The notes under the pieces are model-generated. The model was not told the DNA's origin. It made no database searches and saw nothing but the letters and a program-made list of their open reading frames with translations. From contig NC_052162.1 in the NCBI RefSeq assembly GCF_902713615.1, positions 133,448,653 through 133,512,652 on the forward strand: DNA of 64,000 nucleotides, written 5' to 3'. This DNA is from Scyliorhinus canicula (lineage: Eukaryota). Shown here piece by piece: positions 1 through 10,746 of this stretch. The translations under genes were made by a program, and so were the position numbers. How positions within the stretch are numbered: the stretch's first letter is position 1; the number at the start of each line of letters is the position of its first letter.

Positions 1-222
1 CAGGATTGCACAGAAACCACCAGAAGAGGGCGCCACGATCAAACATGCGCATCACAAAGTCACGTGAGACTAACGCCAATGCCAATAGGAATGGCGGCCT
101 GACTAAGGTCACAATGGGCCTGCAGTGTGTGGGTGGAGATGATCTGAACAGAGTCTGGGTTCTCTCTCTTCTCCTCAATGCCGGCACATCATCCCAATTC
201 ACTGAGACTGAGTTAGTCAGAC

Positions 223-610
223 ATGTTTCCCTTAATACCGGCCCCGCTGTTCATGGAGACAGTTTAGCAGACTGATGCCAAACATTCGGTTGGTAGTACG
301 GAACTTGCACGAGGAAGTGTAATACGAATTACGAGGACAATCACTGTATAATTGTCAGTCCGGCACGCAGGGCGGTGGATCTGCTGTTTTGAACGCTACA
401 CATATTAATGCATAATGCCTTGTTCTGTTCAGACAGAGATGCCCAATACACACCTTGCTCCTTTTTGAGCTGAACAAATAACTTGCAGACATTCGTGGAA
501 GCATTCCTCAGGGCAAAGTCTTGACCAATCTTGGTCATGCTGTCTGGTTTAAATTTCAAACAGTTCTTGGCAGTTAACTGTCAGTCACTGATGCATTCTC
601 CATGCCAACG
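223..610 (+). pseudogene. Degenerate TCR V relic (V1/V2 family) with leader relic
   Basis: The reverse complement of 1-260 matches the V1 promoter/leader region (6860-7090). Leader relic MFPLIPAPLFM starts at 223. Downstream frame reads TQGGGSAVLNATHINA*CLVLFRQR...GS*LSVTDA, versus V2 SEGGSVRLDC..WYQQ..GLSVKDG. Has stops; no clear RSS. Confidence 0.55.
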
Positions 611-821
611 CCTCGACTAATCAGAGTCTACTTGCCAAACAATCAGCATACTTGTCATGTGGTGTACATTGTTGTTTCCATTTACAGCAGTGTTCTTGCG
701 AAGTATCCGGATGAGTGCAAGACGAGAGGTTCTATATGTATACGATACATATACCTACAGATCAGTCTAATTTAATCATGTTTAACATTGTGCTCATTTG
801 CTGCTCTACATTCGTCCACAG

Positions 822-1112
822 ACTATTTACAGATCCAACACCTCATTCTCAGAAGGCAGTAACTTTGTCTGAAGGAGTAGATTGCGAACATATAGCCCAA
901 GGTAATTACAACTTGCACTGATATCGACAGGAACCGGCAGACTCTCCAAAATGGATTAACTGAAATGCAAAAGGATTTAATGGAGAATTAATCTGCGGAC
1001 AATGTCTGGCGACGGCTGACAAGTTCAAAACATCTTATTATTAGACAGAGTGCCTCATGACCATGCAGTGAGGCACAGCATCAGAGGAAAGCCAAGACTC
1101 TGCAGCAATTCA
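822..1112 (+). pseudogene. TCR V pseudogene (V1/V2 family) with decayed RSS
   Basis: Reads FTDPTPHSQKAVTLSEGVDCEHIAQGNYNLH*YRQEPADSPKWIN*...GQCLATADKFK (V1: GRYLAAADKSK). Ends GCAGTGAGG+CACAGCA at 1074-1080, like V1 GCAATGAGG+CACAGCG. Trp41 is TGA. Confidence 0.75.
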
Positions 1113-1189
1113 AGCGATTACTTACAGCTGCACTCGGTATTATTTATCTGCGGAGTTGGTTTCATTCCAGACCCACGAAGGACAAATAC

Positions 1190-1544
1190 TGTCAGGTTTC
1201 TACACCAGGCAGACGTACTGCTTTCTTTTTTTTGTCCCAAAGAATAGGGAAGCGGCCTGGGAAATCTTGTGTCTGATTTCCATGTTCTGAGCTGTATTGT
1301 CTTAGTCAATATCTCGGAGCTTCTCCAGGGGAATGATGGAGCAATGCATGTAGAGAAAGCTCTAGCTGAACACGATGGGCCGTCCTTCCATAAACAGTAA
1401 CTCAGGCAGATTGGGGAAAATGTGTGCGCTGTAACAATAACATAGAAGAGATAAAAAATCCCTGATTCAACATGAGACGTCCAATCACATTTTAAACACA
1501 GACTCACCGAGGAGCAGGACAATTGTTATTAACACGGAGAACAT
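1190..1544 (-). pseudogene. TCR V pseudogene (V3 family), 3' end decayed
   Basis: Leader MFSVLITIVLLL G|GTGAGT (1544-1508), acceptor at 1429-1430. Frameshifted LPELLFMEGRPIVFS*...PGEAPRY*LRQYSS...DFPGRFPILWDKKKKAV resembles V3 PGKAPKYL..NLPVRFVAVLHKENTTV. Confidence 0.65.
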
Positions 1545-1757
1545 GCGGAGTATATGGTGTCTGCTTTAGAATTGGACAGACAACCAGACAATTCTCAAAG
1601 TAATGTTGAGCCTTCCTGTCTCTTATTTCAGAGAAAACTAAGATTCGAGGCACGATTTACCAACTGGTGATGGAGAGACGTTTACCGTTGAATTTTACAA
1701 AATTCCTGATGCTCTGGTAATGGGATATGTTACAAATGGTCAGGATGACAGCGGACA

Positions 1758-1796
1758 GGTTTCTGCATGATCCAGACTGATCTTTGCTACAATGTG
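1758..1796 (-). promoter_or_regulatory. 23-RSS of V pseudogene
   Basis: CACATTG + 23-nt spacer + GCAGAAACC. Confidence 0.85.
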
Positions 1797-2474
1797 TCTC
1801 TACTGCACAGAACTAGATGGCGGTGTCTTTCACTCGAGTGCCGCTAATATTCAGAGCGCTGCGTTTCTAAGCAGCAAGGAACTGAGCCGTATTCCTGTTC
1901 TGATCGCTGGACCCGAACTCCAGGTCCGGTCTGAGTATTGTCTGTACCAGTGTAGGATCAGTGTGGCTGTTGTGGTCGAACAGGTTAATGAATACCGAGT
2001 GTTTCCCTCGGTAAAAACCACTGACTGAGGAGATTGTGATACCTCTCCATTTCTAGTTACATTTGAAAGTAATAGAGAACAGAATAGAATCATAGAATAC
2101 CTACTGTGCAGAGGAGGCCATTTGGCCCCTCGAGTGTGCACCGACCATCTGAAATAACATCCTGCTTAGTCCCACTCCCCCACCCTATTTCTGTAACGCC
2201 ACCTAACCTTTGTACACTAAGGGGTAATTTAGAAAGGCCAATCCACCTAACCTGCACATTTTCTAGATACTGTATATTATAATGACTGAATTATATAGTA
2301 AAATACCACAAAATGTACTGCATTAAAACAACATAATAAATAAAATATTCTACTGTAAAATAAAATTTAACCCAACATGATGTCATGATATATATAAAAC
2401 CACATGTTAGCTGATGCGCCAAACCTACCTGCCAGAATCGCGACCACACTCACACTGAGGGTAGATTAAGACAT
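1797..2474 (-). pseudogene. TCR alpha/delta-like V pseudogene (leader 2474-2429, V exon about 2052-1797)
   Basis: Leader MS*STLSVSVVAILA G|GT. V reads GEVSQSPQSVVFTEGNTRYSLTCSTTTATLILHWYRQY, then frameshifts to LNISGTRVKDTAI*FCAVE. SINE fragment in the intron. Confidence 0.88.
2085..2255 (-). mobile_element. V-SINE/HE1-like SINE 3' fragment
   Basis: CATAGAA tail and AATCCACCTAACCTGCACAT match the other SINE copies. Confidence 0.7.
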
Positions 2475-2699
2475 TCAAGGAGAAAATCAGGGAAGTTAAA
2501 CTCAGATGTATGACTCTTATTGACTTTATAAGTTAGCTGCCGCTAGATCCAAGACCGAGATAGGTTTCTGGAGAAGGAAGCGCTGTTGAATATCAAACTG
2601 AGCCCAAGGGCAGGTTCCAGTGTCGCCGCCAAATTCGGGATTCGTGTTCAGAATATGAGGCTGTGAGGGAGATTCAGCATTGAGGCTTGTGGGGGAGGG

Positions 2700-2765
2700 G
2701 GTGCCGGTGTGACGTCAGACTGCAGCCTCTGTGAATCAATCGTCCAATACTGTGACGTCAGCATG
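2700..2765. promoter_or_regulatory. CRE-containing V promoter region
   Basis: Two TGACGTCA palindromes (about 2711 and 2754), 240-290 bp upstream of the minus-strand leader at 2474. Confidence 0.55.
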
Positions 2766-2961
2766 CAGTCTCCATAACTGCATAAACCATAGAAGGCGTA
2801 GTTCAAATAATGGCGGAAGAAGATTCAACAAAACCTTTAAGAAGGAAATTGTACACAAATGTAAAGGGAATTACCGGGCTATGTGAAAATCCGGTCTTTG
2901 AAAGAATAATAAGGTAACTCTTTCAAAGTGTCTCGAGCAATATAGATCGTGTGGCCTCACC

Positions 2962-3312
2962 CAGGGCAGCACGGTAGCATTGTGGATAGCACAATTGCTT
3001 CACAGCACCAGGGTCCCAGGTTCGATTCCTACTTGGGTCACTGCCTGTGCGGAGTCGGCACATCCTTCCCGTGTGTGCGTGGGTTTCCTCCGGGTGCTCC
3101 GGATTCCTCCCACAGTCCAAAGATGTGCAGGTTAGGTGGATTGGCCATGCTAAATTGCCCTTAGTGTCCAAAATTGCCCTTGGTGTTGGGAGGGGTTACT
3201 GGGTTATGGGGATAGGGTGGAGGTGTTGACCTTGGGTAGGGTGCTCTTTCCAGGAGCCGGTGCAAACTCGATGGGCCGAATGGCCTCCTTCTGCACTGTA
3301 AATTCTATGCTA
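2962..3312 (+). mobile_element. tRNA-derived V-SINE (HE1-like)
   Basis: A/B-box head, V-domain core GGGTTTCCTCCGGGTGCTCCGG, CR1-like 3' tail ending ATTCTATG. Confidence 0.9.
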
Positions 3313-3344
3313 ATCTATGATAATCTCTATATTGTTCTCAGTGA

Positions 3345-3670
3345 GTTGAGCAGTGAGCAGATGCAGGATGGTCACAGGCTGCTGCCGGTTCAACCCTCAC
3401 TACTTCCGCTCCCTCACCAGAGTGCAGTTGATAACCGCCGCATATTTATTATCATCTTTAAGTCTCCGGTGTCCCCGGTCACCAGTTTCCGTTTGTTGAT
3501 TTCGATTGTGATATTCTAGAAATTGCTGTCGCTGGTCGATTCCTGTCATTGGTTTGATCAACCGTGCAGTGGCTCCTGAATTTTTTAATTTCTGCTCTGA
3601 TATATAATTCCCTGAGAGCAACTGAAGCAGGAACTCGGGGAACCGCCTTTCAGGTCTCCTCATCATCATC
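3345..3670 (+). pseudogene. V relic type M, copy 1 (5' truncated)
   Basis: Paralog of 4285-4620, 7800-8157 and 10815-11175. FR3-like LIYNSLRATEAGT. Confidence 0.5.
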
Positions 3671-3765
3671 TCACTTTTTGGTATTTTCCTCACGTAACAC
3701 CCCCCCCCCCCCCCCCCCCCCGACTCTCCCCTCACTTTGTAACCTGATATCATCGTTATTAAATA

Positions 3766-3970
3766 ATGACGGTGGTGAGCGTGGCCGTTCTGTTGGTCAA
3801 TACGGGGCTGATGTTAAAGTTTATTTTATTTTTTCTATTGTTTTCTGCCAGACTGGAGCCACCAAAACTTCGGGGAACAGCGGGGAGGCTGAAATAAGGG
3901 TTGAAGAGGACAGTGACGTCACTCAACAGATCACAATCAATAAAATGGAACCTGACAGGTACAGTCAGCA
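3766..3970 (+). pseudogene. V relic type P, copy 1 (leader + FR1, truncated)
   Basis: Leader-like MTVVSVAVLLVNTG, acceptor before 3852, then EAEIRVEEDSDVTQQ...DRYSQ; paralog of 4684-5077. Confidence 0.55.
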
Positions 3971-4216
3971 ATTAACAGCAGTTTCATTGACAAATCATCC
4001 CGATTTCGTGGGAAAATATGATCGCGAATAATGTATTTATTCATAGCATTCCGATTAGTGAACATCTGGAACACGACGCGTAAAATGATGACAGAAGAAG
4101 ATTCAATAGCAAATTTCAAAAGGGGATTGTCATCATGTGAAAATGGAATATGGAAGATTGGGTGCGAAAGACGATTGGGGCAGCATTTTCATATAGGCCC
4201 GTGTACGGTAAGCCGA

Positions 4217-4620
4217 ATGCTCATTCCGTTCCCTAATTGTCTATAACTCTGGGCGATTCATGCCAGTTCCCGGCTAATTATTCTCACTCACTTGAGCAGT
4301 GAGCAGGTGCAGGATGGTCACATAACTTTAGACATTGAACCGTCGCAATTTGCGCTCCATCAGTCGCGCCTGCTCCTGATAACAACCAAATAGCCCGACT
4401 AGTTTAGAGTCTGTGGTGTCCCCGGTCACAGTTTCCGATTGTTGATCTCGCTCTAACACCATTGTGAAATTGTAGAAATTGCTGTCGCTGCTCGATTCCT
4501 GTCATTGGTTTGGTCAGCCGTGCAGTGGGACCTGAATCTGTTTTTCTGCTCGGCAGATAATTTCCTGAGAGCAAATAATTCTGGAATTTGGGAAACCGCC
4601 TCTCAGCTCTCCTCATCACC
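4217..4620 (+). pseudogene. V relic type M, copy 2, with leader relic
   Basis: Leader relic MLIPFP.. at 4217. Reads VQDGHITLD(I)...D*FRVCGVPGHSFRLLI...AVAARF...LRANNSGI; Trp41 is TAG. Confidence 0.55.
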
Positions 4621-4683
4621 GTGTCTCCCCCCCCCCCCCCGCCCCCCACTGTGTAACTTAATATTATTGTTAATTAAATAATA

Positions 4684-5077
4684 ATGATGATGGCGAGGTG
4701 GCCGTTATGTTGGTCAATATGAGGCTGATGTTGATTTTTGATTTTATTTTTTCTGTTGGTTTCTGTCAGACACCAGGACCCAGGGGAACAGCGGGGAGGC
4801 TGAAATAAGGGTTGAAGAGGACAGTGACGTCACACAACAGTTCCCAGTCAATACAATAGATCCTGACCGATACAGTCAGCATCCGGGCACCCTGCACCGT
4901 TCATATTCCGTCAGATTGGAGAGGATCTGTGCAGCAGAAAGGTATAAATGATCGCAATATGACTTACATCCAGATAAATAGCTGTATATAAGTATATACT
5001 GTAACCAATCCAGGCGCAGCACAGTTGAGCTTTCTGACCACAGGAAGTGGAAGGATCTATAATAGTGTACACAGTTC
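4684..5077 (+). pseudogene. V relic type P, copy 2, with degenerate 23-RSS
   Basis: EAEIRVEEDSDVTQQ...RYSQHPG (=WYRQHPG), PAPFIFRQ, GSVQQKGINDR, IQAQHS*AF*. Followed by CACAGGA(5039-5045) + exactly 23 nt + ACACAGTTC. Confidence 0.7.
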
Positions 5078-5426
5078 AATGTAGCAGCAGGAGCGCGGTA
5101 CTGACGATCAGAACAGACTCTGTTCAGCTCAGCAGGGAACGTCAATCCTCTGACTGCCAGCGACACTCGGGTGAAAGGCAACGTCAGCAATACTGCCCCC
5201 GTGACAGTGCCGCAAAAATCTGCAAGGACGATACAAATACAAGGCTGTGGCGGTCCCGGGCGTTCATGACTTGTGGATTAATCCGAGGGACGGGAGCGTT
5301 GTAGCCCTGACCGTGAGCCGCACCCCTCTGAAGTAGGTCCCGTATCTGAGTGACTTGCAGCAGGCAAGGGATGAGTTTTCGATCGAAAAACCGATTTTCT
5401 ACTGAAGCCTACATACAGCAGGCACC

Positions 5427-5720
5427 ATGGTCCAACATGATAATAATAATCGGGTTCCTCCGTGAGTCCTTTTTGAAATTCTTATTAAGAATTCCACGTG
5501 TTAAATACAACAGCAAAGTTTGACACTCTCTGTTTTCTTACAGGAACGGATGGGACAGAGACAACGGGCCTCCACTCATCTGAGTTAACGGTCTGGAAGA
5601 TCAAACTATAACTTCCAGCTACATTATCTCCAGATCTGAGAGCTGTTATTACCGCTGCTGGTATCCGGGTATTCCAAGTTTTAATTTACCATGTACATCG
5701 GGCCTGGGGATGGGTCTCGT
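5427..5720 (+). pseudogene. V relic type T (V3 family), 3' half missing
   Basis: Leader ..MIIIIGFL C|GTGAGT (donor 5462), acceptor TTACAG|5544. GTDGTETTGLHSSELTV-EDQTIT...YYRCWY aligns to V3 GTNGEEAVFQDRSELKVLEGQNITLDC..WY. Confidence 0.65.
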
Positions 5721-5744
5721 TATTTCCCAAATTGTTCCTCTATA

Positions 5745-5830
5745 GACCTGAGGAAGGAGCTGCGCTCCGAAAGATAGTGATTCGAAACAAACATGTTGAA
5801 GTTGAACCTGGTGCTGTCAGACATCTTAAT
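5745..5830 (+). mobile_element. Penelope-like pseudo-LTR fragment with hammerhead-like motif
   Basis: CTGAGGA-A-GGAGC-TGC-GCTCC-GAAA followed by GAAACAAAC..TGTTG..AACCTGGTG, as in 30993-31080. Confidence 0.75.
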
Positions 5831-5995
5831 GTGCTCACCCCAGTTCAATGCCAACATCATGACCTGTAGAAGGACAGAGACACCAATAAAACTTTATGAA
5901 AAGCAGACATGACTGTGTTCGTGAATCCCCGTTCGGAAAATTCCCGCAGACAGGAAACTGAAAGCAGGTTTAGTGGAGCTGAAAATACTCGCCGA

Positions 5996-6034
5996 GGTTT
6001 TTGTACGGGGCTCTCGCTGCTTTCTAACGCTGTG
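5996..6034 (-). promoter_or_regulatory. 23-RSS of V1
   Basis: CACAGCG + 23 nt + ACAAAAACC. Confidence 0.93.
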
Positions 6035-6864
6035 CCTCATTGCACAGTAATAGACCGCCCCGTCATCCACGCTGAGGCTGCTTATATTGAGGTAACCGTT
6101 CTGTTTAGACTTGTCAGCAGCCGCCAGATATCGTCCTGAAACTTCATCTTCCTTCTGAGCTACGAATTTTCTAATAATCCAGATTGGTGGGTGTGCCGCT
6201 TTCTGCTGATACCATTGCATGGAATTCATATTGGAGTCTGTATATTCACAATCCAGCCGCACTGAACCCCTTTCTGATACGGTTATTGTCATCGGTGATT
6301 GAGTTACTCGATCTGCGCTCAGCCCGCCTGTGAAGGGAGAGAAATTAAACATCTCTCATGTTTAAACATAATTGATCCAATTTGTTTGTCCAGGCGTGAG
6401 TTTGTGGAAACACAACTCTACTCATCATGTGGATATTTCTGGTCGTTAATTATATTAAATGTTATTACAATCTATAATTATGGCGGCACGGTAGCACAGT
6501 GGTTAGCACAGTCGCTTCACAGCTCCAGGGTCCCAGGTTTGATTTCCGGCTTGGGTCACTGTCTGTGAGGAGTCTGCACGTTCTCCCCATGTCTGGGTGG
6601 GTTTCCTCCGGGTGCTCTGGTTTCCCCCCACAGTCCAAAGATGCGACCATGCTAAATTGCCCTTAGTGTCCAAAAAGGTGCGGTTACTGGGTCACAGGGA
6701 TGGGGTGCAGGTGTGTGTTTGGGTAGGGTACGCATTCCAAGGGCTGGTGCAGACTCGGTGGGTTGAATGGACTGTAAATTCTATGAAACAACCAGCTAAT
6801 CTGGCATTATGAACATTATCCATTACTCACCGTCCAACAGCGCCGCCAGTATTAACAGAAACAT
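6035..6864 (-). CDS. Intact TCR alpha/delta-like V gene segment V1 (leader 6864-6831, V exon 6327-6035)
   Basis: MFLLILAALLD G|GT..AG|GLSADRVTQSP...LDC(23)...MQW(41)YQQ...DGAVYYC(104)AMR, no stops, phase-1 splice, RSS follows. Confidence 0.93.
6481..6785 (+). mobile_element. V-SINE (HE1-like) in V1 intron
   Basis: Standard head and core; absent from the paralogous V2 intron. Confidence 0.88.
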
Positions 6865-6987
6865 GTCTGACTGCATCTCTCTGAGTGAATGGGACTGGGA
6901 TGAGGCAGAGATTGAGAGGAGAGAGGGAACCCGCGCTCTGTTCAGCTCAATGTTCCACCCACACACTGCAGGAGGCCAGGCCCATTG

Positions 6988-6997
6988 TGACATCACT
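6988..6997 (-). promoter_or_regulatory. TCR V promoter decamer (CRE-like)
   Basis: AGTGATGTCA about 125 bp upstream of the V1 ATG; identical at the V2 position. Confidence 0.65.
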
Positions 6998-7730
6998 CAA
7001 ACTACGACGCCTATTGGTTTTGACAATGCCGTCACGGAACTTCATCATCCCCATGTTTGAAGGTGGCGCCCCCTGGTGCCGGAGTAGCTTAATTCCTGTT
7101 GGAATGCAGCTACTGAATGGATTGAGGGCGTATTGATATAAACAAGACGACACGAATGTTTCCCAGAAATCCAAACTGGATCTGCTACGAAACAGTTTTT
7201 ATTACTGTTGATGTTTATGTCTGAAAGGGATATTAATCGATTAAATATTTGCTGGCCGTTACTTTCCAAATCCCGCACAACAAATGAGAAGTAGTGTCAG
7301 GACGTTGAGAAAGTGCGGATGTCATACATTTAAATGTTGCCAGGGACGTGGGCCGTTTATGCAAAAGACTCAGAGAACTTTCGCTTAATTTGCCTGTCAC
7401 AAAGGAGGTAGAAGGAAGACTCATTTATTTTGCTGAAAATATATGCCTTTCCGAAACCGTAGATCGTCTGTATTTGTTCCCATTAGCAACAGTTCCAATG
7501 ACAAATCATCCCGATTTCGTGGAAAATATTACAGAGAATAATGTATTTATTCATAGTATTCCGATTTGTTAACATCTAGAACAGGACGTGTAAAATGATG
7601 ACAGAAGATTCAATAGCAAATTTCAAAAGGGGATTGTCATAATGTGAAAAGGGAAAGAAATATGGAAGATTTGGGGTGCGAAAGACGATTGGGACAGCAT
7701 TTTTAAATAGGCACGTGTATGGTAAACCGA

Positions 7731-8157
7731 ATGCTCATTCCGTTCCCTAATTGGCTATAACTCTGGGCGATTCATGCCAGTTCCCCACTAATTGTTCTCA
7801 CTCACTTGAGCAGTGAGCAGGTGCAGGATGGTAACATATCTTTACAGATTCAACCGTCGCTATTTCCGCTCCACCTGTCGCGCCTGCTCCTGATAACAAA
7901 CCACACAGCCCGACTAATTTAGAGTCTGTGGTGTCCCCGGTCACAGTTTCCGATTGTTGATCTCGCTCTGACACCATTGTGATATTGTAGAAATTGCTGT
8001 CGCTGCTCGATTCCTGTCTTTGGTTTGGTCAGCCGTGCAGTGGCACCTGAATCTGTGTTTCTGCTCGGCAGATAGTTTCCTGAGAGCATATAATTCAGGA
8101 ACTATCGCGGCAACCGCCTCTCAGCTCTCCTCGTCACCATCTCACTTCACGAAAACT
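7731..8157 (+). pseudogene. V relic type M, copy 3, with decayed RSS
   Basis: PGHSFRLLISL*...AVAARF...LRAYNSGT-AA; then CTCAGCT(8120-8126) + 22 nt + ACGAAAACT. Confidence 0.55.
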
Positions 8158-8192
8158 CCCCCCACTGTGTAACCTGATATTATTGTTAAATA

Positions 8193-8591
8193 ATAATGAT
8201 GATGATGGGTTGGCCGTTATGTTGCTCAATATGAGGCTGCTGAATTCTGATGTTATTTTTTCTGTTGGTTTCTGTCAGACTGGAGCCACCAGGACCCAGG
8301 AGAACAGCGGGGAGGCTGAAATAAGGGTTGAAGAGGACAGTGACGTCACACAACAGTTCAGTCAATACAATAGATCCTGACCGATACAGTCAGCATCCGG
8401 GCAGCCTGCACGGTTCATATTTAATCTCACTGGAGAGAATCTGCGCAGCAGAATGGGATAGATGATCTTACTATGACTTACATACAGATACATCCCTGTA
8501 CATAAGTATATATTGTTACAGACCGAGGCACAGCACGGTTGAGCTGTCTGACCACAGGAAGAGGAAGGATCTACAATAGTGTACACAGCTC
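8193..8591 (+). pseudogene. V relic type P, copy 3, with degenerate 23-RSS
   Basis: Acceptor before 8279, paralog of 4684-5077; CACAGGA(8553-8559) + 23 nt + ACACAGCTC. Confidence 0.68.
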
Positions 8592-8934
8592 AATGGAGCA
8601 GCAGGAGCGCGGTACTGACGATCAGAACAGTCTCTGTTCATTTCAGCAGAGACGGCCAATCCTCTGATTACCAGCGACATTCGGGTGAAAGACAGCGTCA
8701 GTAATGTTGCCCCCCCCCCCCCCCCCCTCCCGTGACAGTGCAGCAAAAATCTGTGAGGACGATACAACTACAAGGCTGTGGATTAATCCGAGCGCCGCGA
8801 GTTTTATCGCCCTCGTCGTGAACCGCACCCCTCTGAAGCACGTCCCGTATCTGGCCGACTCCCTCACAGCAGGCAAAAGATGAGTTTTCGATCGAAAAAT
8901 CGATGTTCTCGTGAAGCCTAAAGCAGACTCAAAA

Positions 8935-9200
8935 GGTTCTAACATCATAAAAAGAATCGGGTTGCTCCGTGAGTCGTTGTTGAAATTCTTATTTCAGCAG
9001 AGTTTGACACTGTTTTGTTACAGGAACGTACGGGAGACTCAGGGGCCTTGGGCTCATCTGAGTTAACACGTCGGTAAAAGCAAACTAGAATTTCCGGCTA
9101 CACCTGAGAGCGATATTACCCCCTGCTGGTACGCGGGCATTCCAAGATTTAATTTACCATCTCCATCGCGGCTGGAGATGAGTCTCGTGATTTCGCAAAT
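8935..9200 (+). pseudogene. V relic type T, copy 2
   Basis: Donor CC|GTGAGT at 8969, acceptor TTACAG|9024, TGG at 9127; paralog of 5427-5720. Confidence 0.6.
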
Positions 9201-9335
9201 TGCTCCTCTGTTCACCCCGCAGAAGAGCAGTGACACCGATAAATAGACCTGACTGTGTTCGTGAATCCGGGATTAAACAATTCCCGCAGACAGGAGCAGG
9301 AAAGCAGATTCAGTGGAGCTGTGAATACTCGCTGA

Positions 9336-9374
9336 GGGTTTTGTACGGGGCACCAGCTGCTCTTTAACGCTGTG
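9336..9374 (-). promoter_or_regulatory. 23-RSS of V2
   Basis: CACAGCG + 23 nt + ACAAAACCC. Confidence 0.92.
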
Positions 9375-9889
9375 CCTCATTGCACAGTAATAGACCGCCC
9401 CGTCCTTCACACTGAGGCCGTTTATATTGAGGTAACCATTCTGTTTAGACTCGTCAGCAGCCGCAAGATATCGTCCTGAAACCACATCTTCCTTCAGAAC
9501 TAATACCTTGGTAATAATCCAGATTGGTGGCTGTGCCGCTTTCTGCTGATACCATTGCATGTAATCCATACTGGAGTCTGTATATTCACAATCCAGCCGC
9601 ACCGAACCCCCTTCTGACACTGTTTTTGGCACCGGTGATTGAGTTACTGGATTTGCGCTTAACCCGCCTGCAAAGGGAGAGAAATGAAACATCAATAGTC
9701 GAAGCATAATTCATCTACATTTCTTTGTATATGTGTGAGTTTGTGGAAACTCAACTCTACTCATGATGTGGATATTTTAGATCGTTAATTATATTAAATG
9801 TAATTCCAATCTATAACCTGCTAATCTGATTTTATGAACATTATCCATTACTTACCGTCCAACAACGCCGCCATTATTAGCAGAAACAT
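9375..9889 (-). CDS. Intact TCR alpha/delta-like V gene segment V2 (leader 9889-9856, V exon 9667-9375)
   Basis: MFLLIMAALLD G|GTAAG..AG|GLSANPVTQSP..LDC..MQWYQQ..DGAVYYCAMR, no stops. Confidence 0.93.
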
Positions 9890-10000
9890 GTCTGACTGAT
9901 TCTCTCTGGGTGGATAGGAATGGAATGAGCCAGAGGTTGAGAAGCAGAGAGGGAACCCGGGCTCTGTTCAGCTGAATGTTCCACTCACATAAGCCCATTG

Positions 10001-10010
10001 TGACATCACT
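10001..10010 (-). promoter_or_regulatory. TCR V promoter decamer (CRE-like)
   Basis: AGTGATGTCA about 112 bp upstream of the V2 ATG. Confidence 0.65.
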
Positions 10011-10746
10011 CTGACAGCAACGCCTATTGGTTTTGACGATGCCGTCACTGATCTTCAGCATCCCCATGTTTGAAGGTGGTGCCCTCTGGTGCCGGAGTAG
10101 TTTCATTCCTGTTGGAATGCAGCCACTGAATGGATTCAGGGTGCATTGAAATACACAAGAAGACACGAATGTTTCTCAGAAATTTGAACTGGATCTGGTA
10201 GGAAACAGTTTTTACTGCTGTTGTTGTTTATGTCAGAAATGGATGCTTAATCGATGAAATCTTTGCTGGCCGTTTCTTTCCAAATCCGGTGGACGACAAA
10301 TGAGAAGCAGTGTTAGGACGTTGGAGAAAGTGCGGATGTTATATATTTAAAGATTATCAGGGACGAGGGCAGTTTATGCAAAAGACCCAGTGAACTTTGG
10401 CTTCATTTGCTTGTCATAAAGGAGGTAGAAGGAAGGCTCAATCGTTTTGCTGAACAATATGCCATTTCGAAGCGTAGATCGTCTGTAATTGATCCCATTA
10501 GCAGCAGTTCCAATGACAAATCATCCCGATTTCATAGAAAAATATGCTAAAGAATGATGTATTTATTCATAACATTCCGATCTGTTAACATCTAGAACAC
10601 GAGCCGTAAAATAATGAAAGAATATTCAATAGCAAATTTCAAAAGGTGATTGTCAGAATGTGAAAAGGGAAAGCAATATGGAAGATTTGGGGTGCGAAAG
10701 ACGATTGGGATAGCATTTTCAAACAGGCATGTGCACGGTAAGCCGA

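Larger units (their letters stand above)
3985..10510. repeat. Tandem segmental duplication, unit of 3.0-3.5 kb (3985-7495; 7495-10510; partial copies 3345-3985 and 10510-11175)
   Basis: Collinear blocks, e.g. ACAAATCATCCCGATTTC at about 3990/7501/10517 and CACTTGAGCAGTGAGCAGGTGCAGGATGG at about 4289/7803/10819. Confidence 0.92.

Noticed and set aside
2962-3040. tRNA genes at A/B-box motifs (also 6481, 26525, 32779, 46872, 49646, 59645)
   Set aside because: These are tRNA-derived SINE heads that run into SINE bodies; no complete cloverleaf.
3912-3921. AGTGACGTCA decamers at about 3912, 4823 and 8339 as promoters
   Set aside because: They fall inside the FR1 codons (DSDVT) of the type-P V relics, not upstream of a leader.
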